DNA from: Lama guanicoe
Lineage: Eukaryota
Assembly: GCA_013239625.1 (NCBI GenBank)
Contig: MU053482.1
Coordinates: 1,029,168 to 1,093,167 of the forward strand
Length of the DNA: 64,000 nucleotides
Reading direction: 5' to 3'
Shown here: positions 34,663 to 47,850 of the stretch, one piece after another
Layout: every line of letters starts with the position of its first letter
Numbering within the stretch: position 1 is the first letter of the stretch
Made by a program: the position numbers and the translations under genes
Notes under the pieces: generated by a model
Database searches by the model: none
Seen by the model: only the letters and a program-made list of their open reading frames with translations
What the model was told of the DNA's origin: nothing

Positions 34663-35246
34663 AAGAAAGGCGTGGGGGGCTTAGACAAGCTACTATGTTC
34701 ATGTTTGAAGTGTCTCATAATACTTCATTTCTCAAATTGAACCATGAGCCACCTGCCTTCAGAGATACTTGGGGATGTTTACTTAAAATGTAGATCCCTA
34801 GGTCTTACCCAAAAGTAGGATCTCTGGAGGCACAGCCTAGGAATCTACAAGCTTCCCTGGTAATTATCAAGCACACATAAATTTCAGAATGATTGCTTTA
34901 AAGGTAAGAGCATCTGCTGTGAAGAAAGTTACCCAGTTAGAGGAATATAGGAACTCTTCAGTTGTTTTATAAGCAGTTTAATGGTTTTTATACGATCGTG
35001 ACCCAGAAATTTCTGATTTTCCTCTATAACTAATTGCCCCAGGTCAAGCCTAATTCTGTTGCCATCTGGTGACAGCCACTTATGCTGTAAAAGCAGGACT
35101 CAGGAGGCAAATCTTTTGAGCACTAAGATGTTAATTCTGTATCAGGACAAGACCTTATGTAAAGAGCAATGGGGCATATTGGAAGAAACTTAATTCTGTG
35201 CGGTTTCTCAAGAAGGTTAGTCTCCATGCTGACTGAATTGAAGGCA

Positions 35247-36135
35247 GCAGTGTACTGCTACCTATGTAACAACCAATTCTCCAGAGTTAAAAATATATGC
35301 ATAAATATACACACAAACTCATTATAAATTTTACTGATAATGTGCACTATATAATTCATAATGAAATACACACTACAGTTTTTTGATTGCATTACAGTTG
35401 ATTCTCATAGAATGCCTTGATTTTTGTCAACCTTCTGTATCCATAGCAACCTCTGGTTGCAATTGACAAATGAGTGTAGGGCCAACGTGCATGGTTGTTG
35501 GTGGCTTCGTTTATGTGAACAAGTAAGATGAAAGTGAAGCGACCGTGACACATGTCGTAACTTCACCCATTCATCAATAATGTGAGAAGCTTCTTTGTTG
35601 AAACAGATAACAGTTTTTAGAATACCGGGAGAATTTATCTTCAGTCTTTTCTGCTATTCACAATGTAATGGCTACAGACATGACATACTTTTAATCTGTG
35701 TTATTGACATTTTCTCCATCACTTTCTTAAGACGAGTCCATCAACAGAAAAACAGATCGAGCCCTGATTTATGGTGTTTGTAATATCCATGGTATAAATG
35801 CTCCCACCATGGCTCCTTTCAGTCTACCGACAAGAGAACACTGAAGGCCGAGTTGGGAAGATGTGCAGTAACACATCATTATATAGTTATTTCTATCATG
35901 CAGATATAATATAGGTAAATCACCCTGAGAACATAGATAATAGTAAAATGTAGTAAAATGAGTAGGGCATGGTGACTTTTGAACGTTTATTACCTTTGTT
36001 TCCAATATCATTTATATAACTGTAAGTTTATATAATTTCATTTTAAAGTAATGGCTATGTTTAATACCTAGCTCTCAAAATACCTGAAAATTTAATAGTT
36101 GGCTCTTTGAAGGTGCTGTGAGCTGCCCGCTGCTG
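35247..36135. mobile_element. MER63-like hAT DNA transposon
   Basis: Ends resemble recalled MER63 (cagcagtgtactgct...taacaaccaattctc; cctgaaaatttaatagttggctct). Confidence 0.55.
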
Positions 36136-38401
36136 CAAGTTTTCTGGACTTGCAGATATGTGATTGGGTACGTCTTTGCTTATACACAAGAGCGCAGATG
36201 TGATACTCAGGCACATTTTCATATTTTCATAAAATGTGGCTCTTCTAAACCAGAGCATAGCAGGAACATGCCTGACAAACGTGTCCTACCCCTGGGCATC
36301 AGAGTGAAGAGGAATTCCTAAACGGATGAGGTCAGATCCAGTAGAACAGGTTTCCCCTGTCATGTCTGGGAAACTATTTACGACTTATGGTCTTTGCCAG
36401 CTCTGTGTTTTGCATCAGTAGATATTCTGACATGTAAAGGTACCTCTCTTGTGTTGCATCCTACTGATTTCAGCAAGACAGTTTTTGATATTTTGACACC
36501 CTCCACCCAAGAAGCCCTTCTGAATACAATTATGTCATGATATTGTTTCTTACTTTTGCATTTTCTTTTATACCCGTTCTGTAAAAGGACAGTTTGTCAT
36601 TAAAATCTGATAGCAGCCTGGCTGTGGCCACTAGAGTAGATTTTTGGACTCATTTACCAAAAGCCAGGTAAAGAATTTATGTGCAGTTTCTAAGGTCTTC
36701 AAGCTGGAAGTTTGAGACTGTCTGCTGTATTCAAAGATATTAGGATTTAAGCCACACTTTTCTGTAAATTCTTATTAAAACCGATAATGCTGTGGAGCAT
36801 TATATCTTTGACAGAATTTTTGGATACCCAGGGAGTAATTGATATGCCTGCATGGCACAATCATGGTCTTTCTTCCTGTTAGGCTTACAGGCGAATTGTT
36901 CATTTCATTCTGAGCTCTAAGAGCATTTTCTGAAGTGTATTTGAACTTCCCATTGTCGGGACCTAGGCTCTATCAATATTGTCTGTACTGACCCTTTAAT
37001 TATGGCACAGGGACCTACTTAAGCAGAACTTTGCTTACTTAATGAATATAAACACAAAATTGCTTCAAGTGGTTAATTGTTCTTTCCGGCTGTGGATATA
37101 GGTTGTGTAATCCAGCAACTCAACTGCTATTTCAGTCATAAGAAATCTTCTCCAGACTCTCAAATACTTCCTTGAATTAGAATTCTTAGGATGTCCACCA
37201 ATTCTTAACTGGAGTAAGAAAGCTTCTCTCCTAATACTGTAATAAAATATATATTTATAAAATGAAAAAAGCAACATTTTTTTTCATATTACCAAAAACG
37301 TAAAGTGAAACCAACCAATCTCTTGGCTGGAGGGAGACCACAAACCCATTTCACAGCATTGATGCCATCTTTTCATTTATCTTTTCAAGCCAAGTCCAGA
37401 TATAGAGAAGCTCTCTTAGTGTACGTGGAGCTGATTCCATGGTTCAGGTTCAGGGCAAAAATGGAATCATGATGGAGCGCTTCTATAAAATACACTTTGG
37501 CTGGGTAGGTATCGGAGTGTGAGTTCATAGAGGCAGGCAGGTAGACAGATGGTAGGCTAGGCACCCTGGGCTTCACGTGCCTGATGACAAGCAGTGCCTA
37601 ATTAAGCTGCTCCCTGCACGCTCTTGGGGGCCCTGTGCGCAGGCGCCTACCTGGGGCGCGTGGGCGGCCATCTGGGTCCCCCACCCCAGGGTAGTTCGGA
37701 GGCCGCGCTGTGGGAGGTTTCTGAATGCAGAAACCTTCCCGGGTGCTTTCGGTGTTTTTTGGCATCTGTTTCAATTGGGACAGCCCCTTCTGGGCCTTTA
37801 AATGATCCTCTTTAGTCAGAACTGAGAATGTTTCAGCTTCCTAATTTAAAGAATGTTTTCTTTATTTTGTATTTCATTTAACGTCTCCACATTTTATTTG
37901 TAATTTTAATTATAATTATCCAGTTTATATATACACAATGTTAGAAAAAATTAACACAATTCTGAAAAAAAGAGAAAGAAAAGCGTTCATTCTTACCTGT
38001 GGGTCCACTCTCAGAGGCAACCATTTTCATTTAATATTTTCTAGTTTTAGGTTCCTGGTAATTACTTCCATACTGTAAATAATACACTTGTGCTTCAGTT
38101 TTTTATTAACCAATTTTAGAATATATGTAAACAAGATGAGGAATTTTCTCATCTCCATCTTTATTATGTTATTTTGAGTTCTTCTGTTGATTATGTTGTA
38201 GACTCTAAGAGTATTTTTAAAATTCCCATTTCCTGTTCTGTCAACCTTAGGCATTATCTCTGGATCTTCTCCTTTGTAAAATGAGGATATTGGTTTGCTT
38301 TTATGCTGTTATTTCCCTGTGATGGTAAAATTTCTACATTTTGTATTTAATTATAAAATCATCCATGTTTGTCTATATGTTGAGTCTAAACATTACATAC
38401 A

Positions 38402-38505
38402 GGGAGGGAGGGTATTGCTCAGTGGTAGAGCTCATACCTAGCATGCACGAGGTCCTGGGTTCAATCCCCAGTACTTCCATTAAAAAAATGATAAAATGAA
38501 AAGTA
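38402..38505 (+). mobile_element. tRNA-derived SINE (Vic-1-like)
   Basis: gggagggtattgctcagtggtagagctcatacctagcatgcacgaggtcctgggttcaatccccagtacttcc plus A-rich tail. Confidence 0.85.
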
Positions 38506-38541
38506 AAACAGACATTTTCTACCAACAGACTGTTTTATGTA

Positions 38542-39265
38542 CAGCTGAAGCTTTCTTAACCAACTTTCAGTTATCCAACTGGCCATAATTATTTAAGCTT
38601 TCATTTCTTCTAGAAGATATTTCAATAAATGCATGACAGGCTGAGTGCTCACAGATAGCACTGCTGTTCCCATGTATTCCTGCTCTCATAAATTAAGCTG
38701 AATGGTTACTAAGAAGCAGTAATTTTTGTTCCAAAACTTGTTTATTCTGGTTGTACTTATTATTGGAATTATGTAATTTAATTAGATAATACATATACTG
38801 GTAAAATATGAATACTAAAGGAGACTTGCTTCTATGAAAACTGAATTGAATGCTTTCTGAGACTCAGTAAAGGCAAGCTATTTTTTAAAAAGGTGCTAAA
38901 TTAGGAGTGGAGGAGCAACTGTAAAAGACTGCAAACAATGTAAAAATCTGGAAGGATTCTCTTCCCAGATCACTTCACACATGTCTTTAACTTCTTATCC
39001 TACTTTAAAAAAAGTCAAGTTGAAGAAAACTGCATTTGTGGGTAAGATGTAAGAAAAACAACACAAAACTATGCTCAAAGAACTATATTCAAAGAAAAGA
39101 ACTTTATATCGAATGATTAGTGAATTAATATTTTAAGTTAAAATAAAATGTTTACATAGAATAAAATATTCAAGGTACAAGAGAGGGTGGTTTTTTCCTT
39201 TAAGAGACTTTTTCGATCCAACCGGTAGCAGCCATACTACCCAAGAGTACTGTTAGCTTCTACTG
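38542..39265 (+). mobile_element. Old Tigger-family (TcMar) element with degenerate transposase N-terminus
   Basis: Imperfect TIRs (cagctgaagct / agcttctactg) after TA. Interior resembles a pogo/Tigger HTH N-terminus (atgaaaactgaattgaatgctttc ... actgtaaaagactg). Confidence 0.45.
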
Positions 39266-40696
39266 TTAGATCACGGTGATTAAAAGTAGCCATCAACAAC
39301 TTACTTCCCCTTTCTGCACCTGGGTTTCCTCACCTGTTAATTTCTGGTAACATGGGGTCTTAGGGATTAGCACATAAATGATGCTTATAGCAGTGGCACT
39401 TGTTAAGTACTCAAAGGCGGAGCTATTGCTATTACAATATTGTGATTGTGTAAATGTTAGTAACTACTGAGCCCTAAAGTGTGACTGGACCCGCAGAAAA
39501 GGAAGCACAGTTTTATATTGTTAATCCTGTGCCACTTGAAGGATTCAGTTCTGTTTTCAGAGTCTTCAGTTATATACCATCAATTGTTCGAAATCTGGTC
39601 ACGTTTTAATTAACCTGACATTGGACTGTTTCTTTTATGGCATTTTTTGTTTCTTAGACTATTTTATAATATTTTCTATCATAAAATACTGGGGATATTT
39701 TGTAAACAAAGAGAAGCATACTTCTGTGTTATTAAATATACCCAGTCTCTTGATCACACATTTGGTACAGAGAACCCACTTTCTTCTTGTTGGTATTCTT
39801 CCCAGAAATTCTGCTTCCATCTAGAAATATTTTCTCACCTACCCAGAGCTGATGACTTGACCCCATATCACTGGGACTTGAGGGTTAGGTACACTTTTAT
39901 CAGTTTCTCTACTTCCTCTTTCTTCAGTTCCCACCCCCCCCCTTTTTTTTTTTCCATTTAGCTGGAGTACATCCTCCAGGAAGATTTTCAGAAGATGGAC
40001 GTAGGATATAAATATCTAGTCCTTGCATTTCTAAAAATGCTTTTATTCTGCCCTCATTTTTATGGGTGATTTGGCTCTGCATACATTCTACAATGAAAAT
40101 AATTTTCCCTCAGAATTTTAAAGGTACTCTTCTATGGTTTCCTTACATTTAAGTGTTGCTTAAAACAAGTCCAAAGGCAGCCCGCTTCCAGATGTCTCTA
40201 TAGTGTTCTCTCTGGCCTTGGGATTTTGAAATTTCACAACAGTGTGTCTGGGTGTATGTGCCTTGTTTCATTCATCTTGCCCAGCATTTCCTGGGGCATT
40301 TAGTCAAAAACCTTAAATCTTTCTTTCACTCCAGGAAATGTTACTTTACTTTCATGAGAACTTCCTCCCCTCTGTTTTCTCAGTTTTATCTCTTGGGGGG
40401 CCTCCTAGATGAATCCTCTGTGTTTCCTACTTCCTCCACTGCTTCTTGTCTCTGCCCTAAATCCAACGTTGTCTTAGAAGGCAAATGTTGGCCACGGAAT
40501 ACTTATGTTTGGGTGAATCTTTTGTTCCCTTCTCCCATTTCTCATACTTTTTCCCCTCTACGAGCCTTTCACCATCTTTTTCCACATCTTCCCCCTCATC
40601 TGACTGTGGAGTTTGAACATTAAGAAACAAAAAGACCACAGAGTATGAGTTTCTTAGGCCAGTGGGTTATATTTCTACCTCCCCAAGGGACCAAGC

Positions 40697-41033
40697 TGTC
40701 TTAGTCCATTTAGGCTTCTATAAACAAGCCACTATAGACTGAATGGCTTAACAAACAGCAGAAATTTATTTCTTACAGTTCTGGAGGCTGGGAAGTTCAA
40801 GATCAATGTGCAGACAGATTCAGTGTGTGACAGTGGCCTGCTTACTCATAGAAGGTGCCTCCTCTCTGTGTTCTCATGTGAATCAAGGATTGAGGAACAT
40901 TGTGGGCCTCTTTTATAAGGAAACTAATCCCATTCTTGAGGGCTTTACCTCCTAATACCATCACACTGGGTGCTGATAGAATTTAAAATAGGAATTTGGC
41001 AGGGGGAGAGGGGAACACACTCAGTCTATAGCA
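40697..41033 (-). mobile_element. MaLR (MLT1A-type) solo LTR with 5-bp TSD CAAGC
   Basis: TGtcttagt...tatagCA termini. caagc at 40692-40696 and 41034-41038. Core cagttctggaggctgggaagttcaagatcaa. Confidence 0.85.
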
Positions 41034-42874
41034 CAAGCTACTCCTAGACCCTATTTTAGGAGAATTTTGAAGCTAAAGATCAGGTGAGTTGCTGTCTCCT
41101 TTCAATGCCCATATTAATTTAATGGTTCTTTTTGTAAGTTCATGAGTGGAAGCTTCAGAATTCTCTGACCAACACTAGTCAGAAGGGGTTTTCACCAGAG
41201 TCCACTTAGTTCTTCTCAAGATAGCATTAAGCAATAATTGGATATAATTATGCACATTGGCTTCTCAGCCCACTGGTGGTGTGGTCTTTATCCTTAATTG
41301 TTCAAAGGTCTGAGAAGAAATCAAGTCATTCCCTCTCTTAGAAAGGGGTCAAGCTCCTCGTTCATAAACTTCTTCATCTTGAGATACCCTGCATCCTTAT
41401 TTTATACCCTACTTGCTTAACAGTGATAATCTAATTGCAACTTTTTCTTTCTCATTTTGGGACATTGAGAACAGGCTCCCTTCTGGTTTCTAACATAGTA
41501 TAAAGCAAAAAACATCCAGAAATTCCCAAGTTAGTATGCAAGTTATAAGGACAGTCAAACACCTTATGTTTTCATCCCATTTCCTTGTACATTTTTACAA
41601 GTTATTTATGGAAGTGGAATTGTTTAAGGGCTGATGTACCAAGTCTTCCAAGTGACACATAGCATCCATGTGATGGCAGCAGAAAGCAGCAGCATGATAG
41701 GCATGGCAGACGACTGAGCTTCTCCCTAAACCTAGTTCTGCAGGACTTTCAGGGTCCTTTTGACACAGACTCCCAGAGTCACAGCAGTGGAAGTCCACAT
41801 GTGACTGTTAGGGCCCTGGGAAACCCTGGGGAGGACCTCAGGTTCTGTGGTGGTGATTCACCATCTGAAGTACTTTGGCAGAAGAGTTGAGAGGGACTGT
41901 GACCTGCCTAGTGTTGGTGTTCAGTAAAGCTGTGGAATCACTTCTTAAAAACCTAACTCTTCATCAGTCTTCCCTTTGCTTAGTAATTCTCTTGTATTTT
42001 TATGATAATAATGTCTCATCCTATCTGCAAGTTTCGAAACTTCTTATTTCTGTTTCATTTATTATTACCCCAAATATCTCCCTGAACATCACCAACTCCA
42101 TATGCCTAGATGGATATACTTTAGCATTTTTAGATGTAGATTTGTTGTATCATCAGCCTTTCCCTGCCAGGGGATAGGAAGGACCCTTGTCATTCCACTT
42201 CTTGTGTTTCCTGTGAGTCTCCTGTGGGGGATATGGTGGAGAATAACATCCCACCTAAATTGAGCCACTTCCTTTGGCTCTGCTATCTTTCAGCTGAGTC
42301 TACTGCTTTTGTCATCCCTCTAGTCCTTAATTGCTGTTCTTGCTGTTTCTCTCCTCCAGTGCTGTCCGGAGCGTTCTCCTTGCCTTGGCTTCCTGCTAGT
42401 CTTTGCTCTGCCCCTAGGCTCCTGCGTGGTCTACTGCTAGTGATCTAGCCTCAATTTCTTCCACCCCTTTAAGTGTGGAAACCTTGCCCTCTCTACTGTT
42501 GCTGTTTGGAGTCTCCATTAATCCTGTATCCAGTGCTCACATTTTTGGTCTTTTGGGAAACACTTTCCCTATCTCAAGCCCAGCTGGTATAGAGTGTCTC
42601 GTGGCAATGCTGCTGGGACCCCTAGTGGTACAGGATGCTGCTGAGCGCCCAGAAAAGTAGGTGAAGTTCTGTGCATCCTCAGGAGAGCGCATTGACGTCC
42701 AGAATCAGAGGACCTGGAGGTCGTTAGTAGAAAACCTGTGTGTAGCCTCTTTTCCTACTTCAGTCTCCAAAGCATCATTTGGGAAGTGCCGGACTCTCCT
42801 CTTTTCCCAGTGTCTGCATGGCAGCCTGCCTGTGCTCTCTGGCTGTGATCGTCTCCGCTTCTTTTCTGCGTTCC

Positions 42875-43085
42875 CAGGAGCAGAGGGCAGGGGAAGAAGA
42901 GAATGGGAGGTTATTGTGTATAGGGATAGCATTTCAGTACGGGATGATGACAAAGACCTCCAGATGGACAGTGACGAAAGCTGCACAACAGTATGATTGT
43001 ACTGACGGCACTGAACTGTACACTCAAAAATAGCTAAAATGGTCACTTTTATGTTATGTGGATTTTTACCCCGATTAAAAAACAG
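42875..43085 (+). mobile_element. LINE-1 3' UTR fragment (L1MB-like)
   Basis: cactgaactgtacactcaaaaatagctaaaatggtcacttttatgttatgtggatttttacc plus A tail. Confidence 0.75.
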
Positions 43086-44474
43086 TGAAAAGAGAAACCT
43101 ACCTGGTTTAAAGAGGAGTGAGGATTGCAGGAATGTTTTAGGAAAAACCATCAGTGCTTAATCATCGCTGTCGCTTTGTCCATGGCCAAGAGGCAGAACT
43201 TCTGTGACTCGTGGAGAGGGCAGGCCTAAAGAGAACACTTCTGAGAAGAGTTGGTGTTCCTTGTATCTTCCAGTTAGAGTTAAGAGTAATTTGTTTTGAA
43301 ATCTAAAGGTTTTTTTCCTTCTTTATTGTCAATGCTCTTTAGAACACTTACTGTTTCTTGGTCTTGGACCAGTATTTTAATCATTCTGGTGATGAATTAA
43401 TGCCAGTTTTCTATGCATGACTACTGATGACGATCAGCTATTGAAAAGAAACCATCTTCATTTCAGTAGCGTGAAATATTTACAGAAAGGAAACTGACTT
43501 AAAAACATACTTTTTAGAAAATTGATGGTTAAGTACAGAGACACAAAAGCCTGTGCTTTTAATCAGTTGTCGATAGTCTGAGCCTGATCATCCTTGTAGC
43601 ATAGGCAGATCCACTACCTGGGGGTACGTTAGGATTTAAAGTACAGAAGTCCAAGCCAGCAAGAGGTTACATGTTGAAAGAGAGTGTGTGTCTCTGGTCA
43701 TGGACCAAGGTTCAAGCCAGACAGAAGAGAAAAAGAATAGGGAAGAGTTTGAACCAGGAGCCCACTTTCTGTTCTGACTTGAAGCAGCCTTGTGGCTTAG
43801 AACTGTTTCTCAGGAGCGGTATTTCTGGGGTTAATACTGGCCATAGAAGCAAGACTATGGAGAGAGCCTCCGACTGTAAGAGCATCTCCTGAAAATTTAG
43901 TTTCCCTGGCACACTCTGAACAGATCGGTCTACTCCCAATTACATGATGTCTTCATAAAGGCAGCTCAAGATGATGTGTTGTAAAGTTAATTTAATAAAC
44001 AAAGCCTGTCTGCAGCGCCTATGGTCCTTCCACCCACTGCGCGGCCTCCATGGAGTCTTAAATGTTCAGAGAAGCATCAAATATTGTATTATTTTCAATC
44101 ACGGTGAAAAGGTAATCATAACGCTCACTCTCTATGTACTTAAACATACAGCTTCTTTGGCATTTTCTTTTCCTGAAGCACATTTTTTAGTGGCTATAAA
44201 TAGGGAAAGATACATAGCTTTAGACTTTATCATTCATTAAATGTTGAGCACCTCCTGTGTGCTAGATATCATGCTTGCTTGTAGAGTATACTTTGGATAT
44301 AAAATGTCTCTCATTTCAAGAACATGAGATCTGGAAAGATCCTTCCATCTCAAAGCATCTCATTTTGTATGTTATGAAACTCAGGCCCAGATATGAGTTC
44401 AGGTTTCCCAAGGTTACACAGGTGGGTTACACAGGCAGGGACTAGAGAATACAGAATCGAAAATGAGGCATTCT

Positions 44475-44915
44475 GTAGAGAATCAGTCTGGGTCCCAGTG
44501 GAAACATGCAGCTTGGTCGAATTAGGTAATTTGAGAAAGGCTCACTCCAGGGGCTCTTTACAAAGGCGTGATTATCAGGATTCGGGGCAACCAATGAGGG
44601 GTAGTGCAGTCCTCCAGGGCTCATAAACGTGGGAGCCATTGCCACCCAGAGGCCTAAAAGAGCCCGGAAAAGAGCTGTGGCTTTCAACAGGGGGACACAC
44701 GCAACATGGTGACCCAGCAGGAGGAAAGCTGGAGGAATAAATACTGTAACTTCATTCTCCTCCCACTCTTTAATTTCCCATCAGGACTCCTATTGGCCAA
44801 AGGCAAGGGAACCCCTTGATATATATTCCCCTATAGGTGAGTCTCCATGGCCCAAAGCAGGGTGCAGAGGGAAGGAGGGCAGATTTGGAGTGGTAAGTGG
44901 AAGATGCACAACGCA
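44475..44915 (-). mobile_element. LTR16-like ERVL LTR
   Basis: Ends gcagggtgcagagggaaggagggcagatttggagtggtaagtggaagatgcacaacgca, resembling the antisense LTR16 start. Confidence 0.55.
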
Positions 44916-46104
44916 TAGTTGCCTGCTAGATGACGGTATGCATCGGGCGTCCAAATGTTAGGACAGAAGTTCATCAGATTTTGGAAGAAAGTCTGACTCT
45001 GATACAAAGGTCGTCACATCCAAACGCTATATAATTTGAATATAAGGTTTTTAAATGTTTTAATTTGAAAGAGAAAATACTGTTCTAATCGCTGAAACGC
45101 TTAGAACTCAACAGCCTGAAGATACACAAAATGCACTGGCCCGTTGCCTCTGGCAGCTCACCAGGGCTCACCAGGACCTGTGGTCCTTCTTCCAAGAATT
45201 ATTGGGAGACTCTAGGGAGCATCTTACATGTGTTTAAAGACAAGTCTCCACCCAGACTCCGGGTCATTTCCTCATATATCCTGTCTCTTGCCGAACTCTT
45301 GTGCTATGAAAAAAATATCCCCTGTGTAACTCTCTTTGTGCTGATAGGAGCCTGGCAGCTCTCTGCCCTTACCTGTACGGGCACAGCTAGCAGAGGGCAT
45401 ACACACAGGACTGCTGTCCACCAGGCCGCGCGTGTACGGGTCGAGGCCCTGTCTTGCAGGTGTCCAGCTGTGCCTGAGAAAGAGTCGGGAGAGAGAGTCT
45501 GTTTAATTCCAGGGTCCAGAGCAGTAACAGACTTCCCAGTGCTGCAGTATGTCCCATGCAGGAGGACGGATAGCAGATAGAAAGGAAGAGTAGGGCCGCC
45601 CTGAGCTGTCTATTTGAGTGACCCACTTCCCCTCTAAGTGGAGCAGGAAGAGGTAGGAGAAATGACCAGGAACATTTCAGGAAAATAGGGAAGAATTCCC
45701 ACCCTGACATTACATGTTGCTTTATGAGATTTGTTTCTAAATAGTGGTTCACAAAACTGGTTGTCAGCAACCTTATGATCTTGTCCCATGGGTTAGAGGT
45801 TAGGTTTAAACACTAACTGGATCAAAGCAAGACCAGATCTAACATGGGAAAAGACTCTGATTGACAGAGCTTGGAAAGGAGTCCTGTGGGAGGTGTGAAT
45901 TCTTAGGCCAGTGCAGCAGCACTAGGCCTAAAAAGAATTTCAAGCAACACTACTTGAAAGCACTATGACACGCTTTTATACATATGCAAGTGCACCTAAT
46001 TGCCAAAAGAACTAGGCAGGGAGGAACTTTTCCCCCCAGTTTAGAGGTTAGAAATGGCCTCTAAAGAGAAGAGGTTGCAGGGAGCCCAGAGTGTCTTCAC
46101 AGGT

Positions 46105-46640
46105 AACAGAGCTGGAATTCCACTGCTGGGTCCATACCTCAGAACTGAAAGCAAGGTCTCAGATATTTGTCCACCCATAGTCACAGCAGCACTAGTCATT
46201 ATACCCAAAGGTGGAAGCAACCCAAATGTCCATCTATGGATGAATGGGTGAAGAAAATGTAGTATATACTACAGAGAAGTATTATTCAGCCTTAAAAAGG
46301 AAAGGGATTCTGATACATACTGCAACGTGGATACAACCTTGAAGACATTATGCTAAGTGAAACAGGCCAGTCACAGTAAGATAAATGCTGTGTGATTTCA
46401 TTCGTATGAGGTACTTAGAGAAGTCAAATTGATGGATAAAGTAGAATGGTGGTCCGCATGGGGATGGGGGCAGGGTCGCCAGAGGGGAATTGTTTAATGG
46501 GTATAGAATGTCATTTCTGCAAAATGAGAAAGTTCTGGAGACTGGCTGCACCACCACATAAATGAGCACTACTGAACTATACACTCAAAAAATGCTTAAA
46601 ATGGTAAATTTTATCTTATGTATATTTTACCACAAATAAT
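46105..46640 (+). mobile_element. LINE-1 3' end (L1MB-like)
   Basis: aattccactgctgggtccatac ... ggaagcaacccaaatgtccatctatggatgaatgg ... aatggtaaattttatcttatgtatattttaccacaa. Confidence 0.8.
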
Positions 46641-47332
46641 TTTTTTGGGAAAAGAAAAGTCATAGAGTTGGGCTCCAGGTTTCTAGGTGCCCACTCCCAT
46701 CCCCCTCCACTGGTGGGTGGCCCGGGGCTCCCATTCCTCCTACAGACACAGCAAGGAAGTTTGCTGACCTCTTTGGCCTGTACCCGGTCCCCACATGTTC
46801 TGGAGATTTGTTTCATGATGTTCTTTTCAGGCAAAAAGTCCCCATTGTATGAAACCTTCCATGTCAGATTTTCCATTATTTCGCACACCTGAGTCCCACG
46901 CAAGCCAGAGTCCCATGATACAGAAAATACTGTAGATTTCTCAGGCACTTCCAATGAAGCTCAGTTGGCGGTAAAATATTTTCTTAAGTAGATTTTTTTT
47001 TCCAATTCAGTAATTTCTGTAGAGAATAAAAAGAGAATGGAAACCCAGTAGGTAAACCTGATGATTGTTCCCAAGCCTTCCTGTTATGCAAACAGCAGGG
47101 GCCCAGGTGCAACAGGATCGGGAGGTCAGGGATTATGGTCACAGGAGCCAACACACAGCTCTTAGTGTTTGCAGCTTTAGCCGCCGTGCAGCCTCAGCCA
47201 CCCCTGCCCTGTGTGGCCCAGGCGGAGCAGGTAATGGCAGTGTCAAGAGGAGCTGGTCACACTGATGAGGCTGCACTTTGCAAACAGAAGGTGCCGCAGA
47301 AAGTGTTCTCTCATTGCTAATTTTAGGCCAGC

Positions 47333-47850
47333 TGCTGTGTTAACACAGGCAGAATCTTCTGGGCAGCCTTCTGAGGCAAAGATCTGAGGGCCTGTGTGGT
47401 CAGGCCACTCAAGATGGCTGTTCTCTTGCTCACTCTTGTACACTCCCTGCTCGGCCAGTGCCTGCTTCACCTACATCTACTCACATAACTGCCCTTCCTA
47501 TCTGCTTGCCCCAGGCCCCAGCTGATGATTATTCTCATTAGCTTATCAAAGGAGTGATGAGGGGCGTGCCCCTTTGCTGGTTTCCCTGGTAACCGATGAG
47601 CCAACCTGATGTCAGTTCCCCCTATAACGAGTAACCTCCCCCTGCTCCCAGAAGTGAAGGCTGCAGCCACGTCCTGCCTGCCCTCCACCGCATGCAGTGG
47701 GGAGTCGCTCCAGGTCCTTGCTGCAGACTTGTAAGCTCCCCTTGTCCATTAAACCCTTGATGTCTCTGTTGCTGACTCCGGGCTCTTCCTTCGGTCTTGA
47801 AGCTGGGCAAGTACAGGCTTAGCATGCCTGCGTCCGGGGTGCAGCCCACA
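47333..47850 (+). mobile_element. ERVL-type LTR (MER74/MER54-like)
   Basis: TG...CA ends, ATTAAA at 47748, then gatgtctctgttgctgactccgggctcttccttcggtcttgaagctggg. No clear TSD. Confidence 0.5.

Noticed and set aside
29401..34793. Reverse-transcriptase ORFs as a functional or novel RT system
   Set aside because: Truncated, frameshifted LINE-1 ORF2 pieces. The catalytic motif is absent from one and disrupted in the other.
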